Shown: positions 46,152-58,269, counted from the stretch's first letter. The stretch is DNA of 64,000 bases from the human T2T-CHM13v2.0 reference genome, Homo sapiens (GCF_009914755.1 NC_060930.1), one strand, 5' to 3'. Made by a program: numbers and translations. Notes: generated by a model not told the origin, from the sequence alone.

Positions 46152-46923
46152 CAAGCAGGATGCCTCCCATCCCAGGCACTGAAGAAGTATTCATTATCAG
46201 GAAACCCTTTTTGGTAAGTCACAGAGGATGTGTCCTGTGCAACTGCCCCTGACTCTGCTAGAAACCATGTGTGTGTACTATAAATCCTCTGAAGCTTTAA
46301 ATCCTAGGGCAGTTTTGGAGCCAAACAGAGAGGCTGGGAGACTGAGTTCATTGGGATTTCTAGTATGAATGTAGCCCCATTAATTGGCTCAGTTTGTGTT
46401 GATAAAACAAGAGTCACAATCTGACTTGTAACAGTAGTATTTGTAATTTTCATTCTTGCTTTAAAATATTGCTGCCCTGTTGTACCCACAAGTGGGTACA
46501 GTTTTGGGAAAGCTTGGAAGATTTCCTCTATTCCAACCCCCATCCCCTTCCACATTTTCTGTGAACTCTCTGTGTCTCTGGAGGCTTTCACTGACCACCA
46601 GAAATGGGGACCATCCTGCACAAAGCTTTTGTAGCTTATCAGTCTTCCTTCAAAGCCTGGGCTCCCTTATGAATGTGTTTCTTTTCAGACAAATTATTTT
46701 GATCTGTATCCAACTTCTGAAGGACACTGTGTACTTCCACTGCCTGTAAAATACTTTTAAAGAAAGGGAGTTGACACAGAGGGCCACAGATTGTGAACCT
46801 TATTATTGCTGGGGTGAAGGTAGAAATGATCATTAGATCCTCATGTATCTACCTGTAGTTACAAAATTAATCTTTACTCAAAAGATGAATCCATATGAAC
46901 ATTCTGGTTTCTTTTTTCTACTC

Positions 46924-47100
46924 TTTTTTTTTCTATTTCATTTTTTATTTTTAGAGATGGGGTCTTGCTCTGTCACCCAGGCTGGGGTGCAGTGGCACCA
47001 TCGTAGCTCACTGTAACCTCGAACTCTTGGACTCAAGAGATCCTCCCACCTCAGCCTCCTGAGTAGTTGGGACTACAGGTATGAGCCACCACACCCAGCT
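46924..47100 (-). mobile_element. FRAM/AluJ monomer
   Basis: Single right-arm-type monomer with T-rich tail. Confidence 0.85.
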
Positions 47101-47624
47101 CTCCTCTTGTTTTAAATATTCTGACCCTAGTTCATACCCTGTCAGTGGCCTCTAGAAACTTCCTATGGTGACTGTTCTGGAAAGGGCAAGTCAAGAGAAG
47201 ACAAGCAGGTCACCTGACTCCCTCCCTCTTCCTCTCCCCACCCCCTACCCCCACTCCCCCACTGGTAGTGGGAGAGTTATTCCCTAAAGTGCAACAATTG
47301 TCAAAGGATGGAATGGCTGGCTGGTTCCTTGTGTTAGTGATTGCTGTTGTATTTCAGTTGTTTGGGTGCATGTTTGAGATTAGTTTTTAAGACTTATTAA
47401 TTAGATTCACACAGGGGACGTTGTAATCACTTAATAGCCAATATGCTCATTGTATAATGATGTCAAAAGGTGTCTAATTATTTTTGGTTCATACTTTGTT
47501 CACGTTTTTCTGTAACTGTGTTACAAATGAAATACTTTTCTAGAATGCAGTCTTTCTTCTGTGATTGGTGTCTATTGTCTTGCAAAAGGAATAAATAAAA
47601 TAACAAGTTCTCAAGTGATTCTCA

Positions 47625-47915
47625 TGGAGAAGGGGCTGGGGAATGGAGGGCAGAATGAAGGCAGGGGAGGAGCGCACCAGAAGAGGGAAAGGAGATGGAG
47701 CAAGACGGGGTGGAGTGTGGGGGACACTGGCAGCAGTAGCAGAGAGAGGGGTCAGAGGAGGGGTGGGGAGCCAGTGAGGAGAGGCACAGATAGACTGAGA
47801 GGTACATACGTAGAATCATGTAGACAGATACAGAACAGAGATAAGAGAGAAATTCAGAGACATAGAGACTAACAGATGATGGCGGTGCATAGAAAGAGAC
47901 AGAAGGAGACACGCA
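47625..47915. repeat. GA-rich low-complexity tract
   Basis: Purine-biased gaga/caga repeats. Confidence 0.75.
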
Positions 47916-48079
47916 GACCAGTAGGGATTGGTCCTTTTCCTTATGATATCCAAACATCTCTCATTGTACTGCTGGTCATTTTACGTGTTTGCTTCTTTCT
48001 GGCTTTAAAGCTCCATGACTCATCTATGTTTCCATGTGTGTGGACTATTGAGGAATCTGTTTTTTGGAAAGGTGAGCTT

Positions 48080-48330
48080 TGACAGCCAGTATAAGTCATT
48101 AGGAACACCATCTCTGGAACCAGACCATCCAGGCTCAAATCCCAACTGCCACCTACTTGCTGGATGACCTGCACAAATTACATAATCTCCATGTGCCTCT
48201 GTTTCTTCATCTTAAAATGGGGATTATAATAGTGTTTTCCTTATAGGGTGCTGTGAGGATTAAATGTGGTAACATATACAAACCTATTAGAACAGTGTAC
48301 TCAACAGGTACTGGCAATTATTACTATGTT
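48080..48330 (+). mobile_element. MIR
   Basis: tgacctgcacaaattacataatctccatgtgcctctgtttcttcatcttaaaatgggg core. Confidence 0.85.
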
Positions 48331-49434
48331 TGTGAAAGGATCCTGAATTCCTTTGAAGGAAAGTTCACAGTTAAATATATTTTTATGAATACTGAAGAGG
48401 CTACAAGTTCCTGTCTTTGACTTTTGGCCTTGAACCTTACTTTTTATGTAAGGTGAGAGTGGAGAGTTAATAGACTGAGAGTGAGGAGTTGCAGCTTCTA
48501 GTTCCAGCTCTGCCACTGACTAGCTGTGAGATGATGAGTTTCTCTGGACCTGCTGTCAGATAATATACAAACTCAGGGAATTTTAGGTCTTTGACAATGT
48601 GATGTTGAGACCTTTCTGGCATACGAGTTTTAGGATTTGTCTGTTATTTTACCTCTGTGCAGAGGTTTTGTGGACCTAAGCTTTTTGGAAAGATTGGGGA
48701 TTGATCATACCAGTACCCCTGGGAGAGAGAAATGTGTGTGCTGCTTTGTAAATAATAAAAAGGGAGAAATGGTGAGAATAGGGGACTGGCTTCCTATAGC
48801 CATGCTTATGATCATGGTTGTCAGCATTATTATCTTATTTCTTTTTCTTTTCCACTCTGGGGGAGGAGCAGTATTTGAAAGAGGGGTCATATCCTGGGGC
48901 TAAACTGGAGTAGAAGGTGCTGGATGCACTGTGGAGCTTAGTTCAGAGAAGGTGAATATTTCATCCTTTAAGATGAGTTCTAATCTTGTATTCCGCTCCC
49001 CAGACCTAGGCAAATGGCAGTGCAAGCCAAGCGTATCTCTGGTGCCTTTTATCTCCCTTTCCAAATTCCTCTTTATTACTGTCATGCTTCTTTTGATTAT
49101 CTGATGCCTGTTATCCAACCCTGTGTGTCTCATGCAACAAAATGATCTCCTGCCCTTTTGCAAAAGGCCTGCAAACTCTTAATTCCCTGAGTACTGCTGT
49201 ATTAGCCAAAGATTAACTAGTGCTGATGACAGAAGAGTTCAGCTCTCCAGGGCATACTTGGATTTAAAAAGAGCATTTTGAAAACTGTTGGAATGTTGAA
49301 AAAGGTACTCCTTCAAGCTGAGAGCTTTGTGGATCTCTTCCAGTCATGGCTGCCCTGGGCTATCCCTTCCTACCTTCACGGTAACTGATCTTCCAGGGGC
49401 TAGAGCACGAGGAGGCAGGATTGAGTAGTAACAT

Positions 49435-49720
49435 ATAAATATAGCCTGGTGGTTAAGAACATTGGTTTTGGTGTTAACAAAGCTGTAAGATTTAAATTAT
49501 GCTCTTCTTAAGGACCTTTTGAACTCTGATGCTTTTATAAACGATTTCTGCTCTAATTGAATGACCTTGAAGTGAGTTCATCACTGAGTCTCAATTTACT
49601 CATTTGAAAAATGGGAATAATGACATCAAATATAGTTGTTGTGAGGATTAAGTGTGCCACTCTCCTCAAAGATATTCACCTATTCATGGCACATAGAAAA
49701 TGCTCGACAAAGAGTAGCAA
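49435..49720 (+). mobile_element. MIR
   Basis: ggtggttaagaac..ctcaatttactcatttgaaaaatgggaataat..gtgaggattaa. Confidence 0.75.
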
Positions 49721-49724
49721 CGCT

Positions 49725-50199
49725 TAGGGACAGCTTTTATGGCTTGCAATCTGTACAGTTGCACAGGACACATCCACCAGGGGCTAGAGCACAAGGAGGC
49801 ATGATTGAGTAATAACATGTAGACATATTGTGGTGGTTAAGGACACAGGCTTTGGCATTAACAGGTAAATGCAGCCAGAAAGTGGCAGAGCCAGAATCTG
49901 AATGTAAGTCTTTCTGATTCCAAAATTCAAGCTAGTAGGTTGACCAACGGTCCCAGTTTCCCGGGATGCAGGATTCTCAGCCCTGAAACTGGAAACATCT
50001 TGTGCAAACAGAAAGAGCTGGACACCCTACAAGCAGGATGCCTTCCATCCCAAGCATGTGAATTCTGTTTCTCCCCTAATTATATGACCTTGAAACGAGT
50101 TCATCATTTCCCTGCCTTGGGTTAATGCCTTATTGTTATCGTCTTGAAATTCTTAATCATATTTGAACAATGTCCCTACAGATTATGTAGCCAGTCTTG
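49725..50199. mobile_element. MER91A-like MITE split in two (49725-49770, 50113-50199) by a duplicated mosaic
   Basis: 5' half ..ctgtacagttgcacagga. 3' half ttgggttaatgc..gtcttgaaattcttaat..attatgtagccagtcttg. Confidence 0.7.
49880..50056 (+). repeat. 177-bp direct copy of 46002-46178 (includes a second MER94)
   Basis: Ungapped alignment with 12 mismatches by my count. Confidence 0.95.
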
Positions 50200-51887
50200 C
50201 TACTACCGAGCTGCACTTGACCTCCCCGCACTCATCCTGGCCATACTTCATCCCTGTCCCTCTCCTTTCTACTGCCTGGTGCTTTGTCCCATTTCCTTGC
50301 CCCCAAGGCCTTAGGAGGGTGTAAAAAAAAAAAAAAGATAAATTCCTCAGGGAAAAGATGTGATTTGGCTCACAGCATATGGAATATTCAAAGATAGACA
50401 TCATCTGTTGCCCACATTTTTATGAGACTGACATGCTGCCTGTAGCATTGAGAAGGCACTGGTTGCCTACACTTTTAGAAGTCATTTATTAATGGCTTCC
50501 TAGGGCATGCCAACTCTAAAATCAAGCCACAAAAATGATACCAGGTAAAAATTGATCCTGTGAATAACTGTGACGGTGGCATTTGGGTGAAAGGTCTTGA
50601 AATGGGCTGTGTCTTTTCCCTCAACTTTCCTCACCCGCTCTTATCACACTCTCCCAGCCAGTGTCAGATTACTTCTCTTCTCATCTGTCTCATAAATAGT
50701 TCTGGCTTGAGTTATCCCCTACCGTGATGACATATGATTATTCAAAGAAAGATTTTATAGAAAATGCATTGTTTCTATTTGGAGTTGGGAGACTAGGGAA
50801 AGGTATAAAGCACACCACAGGGGCACAGCCTTGATTGACTTTCTGTGCTCAGCTTAGCCGTTCGAGCCCGGGGTTGTGTCTGGGTAAAGCTGTTTGACTT
50901 TGGATAAGTCCTTTAACAACCTGAGGTCCCAGTGTTCTTAACTTTCTACAGTTTTGTTCTAATCCAGCATTCTTGAACTAGCACATAAGCATAACTTGCT
51001 AAATAAGCACCACTTGCTAAATACAGGCTTAGTGACAAGGAAGTTATTTGGAAAATGAAAAGAGGGCAATTCTCCCATCAGGACTTGAGAAGCCTTGGAG
51101 TTTTCTTTCTTTATTGAAAAGACTCATGAGGCCTGTCCAAATCTCAAAGTTGCAGAGTGGAAAGTTTTGTAGTAAGCTTCATGGATGTGGGATCCTGGCT
51201 CAAGATCTGAACTCCTAGCTCAGCCCCTTAGTATTCATGAGGGCCTCTGCTAAGTAAAAGGAACCTATAGGCATATGGGACCCCACAGGCTGTATGTATG
51301 TTCTTAGCTGAGTATCAAAAAGGAAACTTCCATAAATGTTCTAAGACTGAGAGAGGCACAGCTGAGAAGCAAAGTTAGGGATGATTTTTTGGAAGCTTAG
51401 CCTGATTTTGCTCTGTGCATTATATAAATGTTAGCTGGAGTACAAAGAATGGAAAGCAAGAGGGCAAAGGTGGGAGGTGTTTGTAATTTGGGAAGTGCAA
51501 ATGAGTACTTAGTTGTTGTTTTTTTTCCATTAAGTTTGCTGTTGATATAGTGAGACTTGTGACTATGTATCTTATGCATTTTAGTATCACAGAGACCTGT
51601 TTTACTTAATCTGAATAATCTGTTGGGTTTTTGGGCTGCTGACAGATTTCTCATCTTGAGATTTCACCTGTGATTTGTTCTAAAAGAACTTTGATACAGG
51701 GACTCTTTAAGTTAAAACTAATTCTGAGACCAAGAAGCTGTCCCAGCTCGTAATTCTTCTTACATGACAGGAGCCAAGCCATGTGGCCTTCTGAGGTTTC
51801 AGTATCATTAAAGTCCCGTGGAAACACCAAAGCCCACTGGCCCCACTTTTTGGTGCTTATACTGATGCTGCTGCTTCTGTCTTACAG

Positions 51888-51938
51888 GTGCTTACCTCAT
51901 GCCGAGCCTTCCTTGTAACAGCGCGAATCCCCACCAAG
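51888..51938 (+). CDS. CARMIL1: CARMIL1 (LRRC16A) internal coding exon, 51 nt, phase 0-0 (probably exon 3), PH-like domain
   Basis: Acceptor ctgcttctgtcttacAG (51886-87), branch-like CTGAT at 51862-66, donor AAG|GTAAGT. Translates VLTSCRAFLVTARIPTK, matching the human CARMIL1 N-terminus as I recall it and continuing in frame into the 58270 exon. Confidence 0.96.
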
Positions 51939-52990
51939 GTAAGTGTTGATGAAGTCCTTCCTTCTGCACTCACACTCACTCATACCCACTCATGCATAGT
52001 CACTCATGCATTCTTACATGTGTGCACACATATTCCTTCATATACTGCAACACAACACACACACACCTCACTTACATAGACTTTTGATTTAAGCTGTGTT
52101 CAGATTTCTCTTAGCACATTCAAGTTTTCCTTCCTTCTTCCCAGAAGCACCTAAAGGCTGTAATGAGAAACATATTTTTTACTCCTTTGTTCCCTCTCTT
52201 TGTGTAAAGGCATCCCAAGAAAATCAGTGAAGGATTTTGTGCTCTATGTCCCTAAGGCTCCATGTCCCAGTTATTTTTCTCTCTCAACTGGGGCTTGATT
52301 TCCACTTTATTCAAGTCTACTTCTTATTTCCTTCGGATCAGTACTGGCAGATTTTTCTAAGACTTCAGACATGTGGGGAGTAACTTTCATAACTCCAAAG
52401 AATACACTACCAGAAATGTAACCATCTCAGCTGTTCTCCGTCTACTCTGATGTTGCCTGTAAGAAATAACAAGATGCCACTCTGTTCTTTAAAAGAGATA
52501 TATAACATTTTTCATAAGATGTCCTTCATTACTTGGTGCAGAATTCGAACTGATCGTTTGTGGATTAATCATAATAATGACTTATTTTGTTTATGTTAAC
52601 TAAAAGGAGTTTATCATTTTTATATGATATTGACTGAATGGTCATAGGAAATTGAGATCTTTTTCCTAAAAAGGTGATAACATTTACTGGAGTGTTGTTT
52701 TAGTAGATAACTTGATCCTTAACAGAATCTCATGAGAGCTATAAGTCTTATTATTATCCCCTTTATTGATGAGAAAACTGAGGCCCAAGGAGGTTCAGTA
52801 ACTTGACCAAGGTTAAACTTCCACTAGTATGTGGCACATGTGTGATTCTAATCAAGGGAGGCTGGCTGCAAAGCCTCTGCTTCTGTTATTGCTAGAATCT
52901 AATAAGTTATTTACTAAGTATGTAAGGATACAGTCTCATTTAATTCTCACAGTAACATTGTAGATGAGTGATTAGAAAATAGCTAAAAGA

Positions 52991-53814
52991 CAGACACTTC
53001 TCAAAAGAAGACATTTATGCAGCCAAAAAACACATGAAAAAATGCTCACCATCACTGGCCATCAGAGAAATGCAAATCAAAACCACAATGAGATACCATC
53101 TCACACCAGTTAGAATGGCAATCATTAAAAAGTCAGGAAACAACAGGTGCTGGAGAGGATGTGGAGAAATAGGAGCACTTTTACACTGTTGGTGGGACTG
53201 TAAACTAGTTCAACCACTGTGGAAGTCAGTGTGGTGATTCCTCAGGGATCTAGAACTAGAAATACCATTTGACCCAGCCATCGCATTGCTGGGTATATAC
53301 CCAAAGGACTATAAATCATGCTTCTATAAAGACAAATGCACACGTATGTTTATTGCGGCACTATTCACAATAGCAAAGACTTGGAACCAACCCAAATGTC
53401 CAACAATGATAGACTGGATTAAGAAAATGTGGCACATATACACCATGGAATACTACGCAGCCATAAAAAATGAGTTCATGTCCTTTGTAGGGACATGGAT
53501 GAAATTGGAAATCATCATTCTCAGTAAACTATCACAAGGACAAAAAACCAAACACCGCATGTTCTCACTCATAGGTGGGAATTGAACAATGAGAACAGAT
53601 GGACACAGGAAGGGGAACATCACACTCTGGGGACTGTTGTGGGGTGGGGGGAGGGGGGGAGGGATAGCATTAGGAGATATACCTAATGTAAATGACGAGT
53701 TAATGGGTGCAGCACACCAACATGGCACATGTATACGTATGTAACTAACCTGCACATTGTGCACATGTACCCTAAAACTTAAAGTATAATAATAATAAAA
53801 TAAAATAATAAAAA
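52991..53814 (+). mobile_element. 5'-truncated L1PA3/PA4-like insertion, sense to host
   Basis: ORF2 C-terminus (53034-53585 ORFs), 3' UTR G-tract, A-tail, perfect 17-bp TSD AGAAAATAGCTAAAAGA (52974-90 / 53815-31). Confidence 0.95.
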
Positions 53815-54984
53815 AGAAAATAGCTAAAAGATGTGAAGTTGGCTAGTCTAAAGATTCAAAAGTAATGAATGGGAGAAAGAGAAATTAGACTCACCATGTC
53901 CTACTTATTTCGACTTTTTACTGAGCTGAACTGCTTCCCCTGCCTGCATATCCAGGAAAATGGGTAAGGTCTGGTAGATGCTTTCAGCCTTATCGTGCTA
54001 TGATGTTTGGGCCGCAGTGTTATTTGCTCATTAGTCCTTTCTTGTTTCTTAAAATTTAACATTTAGCCACTGTTTTGTAAATTCTGACTTAGGTGCCAAG
54101 TTATGGCGCTATAATGTTATTGGTACAAATGAAATGGATCTTTTGGGACTTGCAGTCTCATGATTTGCACTGACTTTTGGGAAGATGCCAATGCAATGTT
54201 TGCTAGTTATAGGCTTAGGATATCTGTGGCCTTTCTTTTTTTTTTCCTCCCGATCATACAAATGTTAACTTTTATAAAGTTTCTCCAAGAAATGAGACTT
54301 TTGGCCCAAGCCCCTTTAGATAATATAAAATGAGCCTATATGTTTATTATGTTTTATAAATAAATTAGGTCAATGAAGTTGGACTAAACTATACGTTAAA
54401 ATACCTGAAGGCATGATATGAGGACTTTAATTAGACATTATCCCACTGGTAAGATATTAATTACAGAAGGAAATTTTATGGGCTTAGGAAAATATTCAAG
54501 CACCCTATTGAATAGAAGATCCCTAAAAAATATGCATACCCTAACATGTTGTGACACAGTGGAAGTGTGTTACCTCTTGTGAAGTCACCTGCCTGCCTTC
54601 TGCTGGATGACTTTATATGACTTTATTCTGCCCCCTCCTTGCTCTGCCCCTGAGGAAAGGCTTGGCTCCGTCCTGTGATGTATATAATGTTTCACAGCCA
54701 GCCTGGCCAGGGTAGTTTGAACATTGGTTCTGATTTCTGATATTGTCAGCATCACAAATAAAGAAAGGCAGATTTTCTTCCAAAGTGATCTGCTTGCAGC
54801 TTTGCCGCTTTCCCCCTTAGAGAAGGCTGGTTTTCATGTGCCACCTTAAGTCTTGACTGAGAAGTAAAGCCAGTGTGAATGATACTAATTTTCTGGAGAA
54901 ATAAGTATATTTATAACATTAGTGTAAAGCACTGACTATGACATAGATGTCTTTTCTTTGGAAGCTGATTAATTAAACATCTTT

Positions 54985-55135
54985 CTTTTGTCATTTTATT
55001 GTGAAATATACAACATATATAGTCAAATGCACAAAACGGACATGTGCATCTCAGTAATTAACTACGAAGCAAACACTTCTGCAGTCACACCCAGATAAAG
55101 AAATAGAACTGTGCCATCACCCCAGAAGGCCCTAA
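54985..55135 (-). mobile_element. Old L1ME 3' fragment
   Basis: ttttattgtgaaatatac..ccagataaagaaatagaac..ccccagaagg. Confidence 0.6.
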
Positions 55136-56369
55136 CTTTTCTTTCGGGGGTTGGGTAATTATGAGATCAAAGAAGGGTTTGCGGAGAGGGCCAGTTGAAA
55201 AATCACCCATCAGCCGGGCAAATAAAGGGTTTTATACTGGCCAAAAGGCTTAGCAGTTTGGAAGACCACAGTGCATTTGGGGAGCTGGAGTGTGGGCTGA
55301 GGATTGTGGAGGAGGCGGTGGTGGGAGGGAAACAGCTCAGAAAGACGGACAGGGCCAAGGCCTGGCTGAGGAGCTGAAGCATAGACTGCTGCCTGGGGAA
55401 GAGCGGGAGTTACTGAAGAACAGGCTCCTTATCACTTTGAGATCTGCTCTGTTGCTTGTGGGATGGGCACTGTCTTGTGAGGGTTTGGGTGTGAGGTGAG
55501 CAAGAGATTGGTGGAAAAGCTATTGACAGTCTGGGTTAAGTTTTTCCTCTTATCTAATAATTCACTAATTTCTGTGGTGATATTTAATTAGTGTAATTTC
55601 TAACTGAAAAATGTCCTCAAGTCTTCATGCAGCCTACATCTGCCTCAGCTTCTTAACTGGTCTTCCTGCCTCTTCCTGCCCATAAATCTAATCCAGTGAC
55701 ATTCTTTAAACTGTCTTTGGGTGGGTTGGAGTGGAGTGGATGATGGGTTGCGGGGACCAGGAGCAAAGGCCTAATAAAAATAGCCATAGATGAGATAAGA
55801 GAGAATGATTTGAACCTTGCTGTGACGTCTTTCAGTATGTTTTAGAGACTTCCCTCCCCACTATTAATAATAACCTGGGACTTCAACTAATCACAGACTC
55901 AGCCAGTCATCCTTGTTGATTACTAATACTGCAGGATCTGCTCCTTTTAGTTTCTTCCTTGTCCTAGTTCTTTTAACACCTCGATGCCTTTGCGAATTCT
56001 TTTTCTTCTGCCTGAATTTCCCTCTACACTCCTTGTTTGCTTGAGGAACTTGAAGTCATTCTTCAGGGCCTAGATGAAATGTCACCACTCTTTCCTGGCT
56101 CCCCAGCACTTTGTTGTTCTACTCCAGGGACAGCACTCAGGTACAGTAGACGCATCTTAATTGACCTCCAACTAATCTTGCTGAGCCAAATTGACCAAAG
56201 GTGGCCATTCCTATCCCTGATGATGCTGACTGATGCTAGCTGCATTTTCATAGCTGTTAGCATGTAAGAGAGGGTACCTGCTCACACCTATTCACACCTG
56301 CTACCACCCACTGAATGAGATGCTCATTGAGGGTCATGGGTTTATTCCTAAACCTGTTTATAGCAGTTA

Positions 56370-56878
56370 TAGTAGCAAATGTTTTTAATGCAACATTTTA
56401 GTGAAAGATATTTTATGTAGCAATAAAATATGAGTGCAAAAGAAGAGTGTCTGTGACATTGAATATTGATGAAAGTGAATTGCTTAAATTGCTGTTTTAA
56501 AGACTAGACAACTTTATAGTTGGGGGAGGGGTGGTGAGGAGCATAATAATCTAGAAAACGTCTGCTGTCATATTACTTTGCAAGTATTTTGCAGTTCTGC
56601 ATTTTTAAAGAGACTTAAATTGGAAGCTGGAAGCCATACTTGTGAGTATGGCTTATGCAGAAAGGCCACTGGAGGGCCAGCCAGTGGGCTTAACTCAAAG
56701 AAAAACTTTGGCACAGTATTAAAGGGTAGTGAATGAATATTTATTCATAAACTTTAAATTAAAATAATGAAGGAAGGTATGTATACTTTTTAGAAAATAA
56801 TTTCCTGCTTTAAATGACTTTTCAAAACCAAATTATGTATAGATCTTGATAATGATAGGCAAGAAAACTTCTACTCTA
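56370..56878. mobile_element. Old Tigger-like DNA transposon relic
   Basis: AT-rich body ending ..cttctactcta, resembling a Tigger16-type terminus. Confidence 0.4.
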
Positions 56879-57901
56879 ATTTAATGCTTTTAAACATGTG
56901 CCTTAAATGTTGCATTTAGCTCTTGGAGGACAAAACAAACGTCTCAGTACTCTTTGTATTTCCAATACTGGCACATAGTGGGCTTTTCATAAGTGTTTGT
57001 CAGTTGACCAAGTGAATAATGAATGAATGAGTTCTCTTTCTACTTCCAGAGCTCATCAGTATACTTCGTGTTGTTTAACTGGAGATTCAGGGGTTTTCTG
57101 CCCAGTATTTACTTCCCTCCCCACTATTAATAATAACTTCATCAGTATACTTTGAGATGTTTAACTGGAGATTCAGCGTTTTTCTGCTCTAAAATTTATT
57201 CTACCAACGTATCATGGTACAACATACCACCAGGGAGCAGAACTAAATCTCTTGTGGGTTTGGTTCTGGATGTGTTTTTTTATCATTATATTTCTCGGTT
57301 TAATGTGGGAGGGTAAAAAAATTGATCCAACTTGGTCCCCCACTGTCTCTAGCTCCATGCTCTGTGATTATTTGCTGAAATGGGGAAAATCCGGGAAGAA
57401 AGATTAGTGGCTGTTTATCAGGAAAAACAGGTAGAGAGTGAAAGACTGGGGATATTTTAAAGAAAAAGAAACTGCTGATTACAGGAGAAGAGAGGGGCAC
57501 TTGTTAAAATAGAGAGGAAACAAATCATCATTTATTTACATGCAGAGAGAGAGGACTTTTGTTTAACTCTGTGTATTTCATTTAAGCACAACTTAAAATT
57601 CCCAAATATTGTATTCGTGTAAATATGGATTTAATTAGGATAAGTATAGATTTATTTCTCTAAATCCATTCAAACTGTGCATTTTTATGGAAGACAGTAG
57701 AAGGACGGCTGACTCTGGTAAGTGGTCAGAGTGTAACAAATAGCTGAAGGTTTAGAAAGAAGGGAAAAACAACATTGACTTTATCCTGATAGGACTTTCT
57801 GAAGCAAAATTTTGAAGTGAAAAAGGGAAAAAAGTGTTTAGATGGTTCCTTCCATACATTCATTTCTCAATGAATAAATAGTGGTTAAGTGCAAAAACTT
57901 A

Positions 57902-57981
57902 TTAGGTTCGTGCCAAAGTAATTGCGTTTTTTGCTATTACTTTTAATGGCAAAAACTGTGATTGCTTTTGCACCAACTTCT
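57902..57981. mobile_element. MADE1 mariner MITE (80-bp palindrome)
   Basis: ttaggttcgtgccaaagtaattgcg..ttacttttaatggcaaaaac..ttttgcaccaac. Confidence 0.92.
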
Positions 57982-58269
57982 ACTATTGTGTTTGTCTCTG
58001 GATATAATTTTAAAAGTTGTGCATGCAGCTTCCTTTCTTTTCTTTTTTAGTAAAGTAACACCTTTTCTGAAATTTGATAAATCATGTTTCTATCTTGTTG
58101 AATGAATGGAGATATTAAACCAGCCCGCCTTCAGAAGATGCCCAGTGTCTTATTTGCTCTTGGGCTGTTTCTAGTTGTAGGATTTTTTTTTTTTTTTTAC
58201 CTTAAGTTATATGTTTTTTTAAAACCCTCATTGCAGGTCTTTTCTTTCCTCCTTTCCCCTCAATTGCAG

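Larger units (their letters stand above)
51939..58269 (+). other. CARMIL1: CARMIL1 intron (6331 nt, GT-AG)
   Basis: Lies between the two in-frame exons, with canonical ends. Confidence 0.93.

Noticed and set aside
47561-47957. Overlapping 103/111-aa ORFs
   Set aside because: Artefacts of a stop-poor GA-rich tract.
49774-49787. CCACCAGGGGCT at the mosaic junction as a new CTCF site
   Set aside because: One G short, which misaligns the core GGC.
50986-51023. 18-bp tandem duplication (taagcataacttgctaaa) and other micro-tandems (26096, 55661, 63285)
   Set aside because: Ordinary slippage products.
53034-53585. ORFs resembling a real protein
   Set aside because: Broken C-terminus of L1 ORF2p in a 5'-truncated copy.
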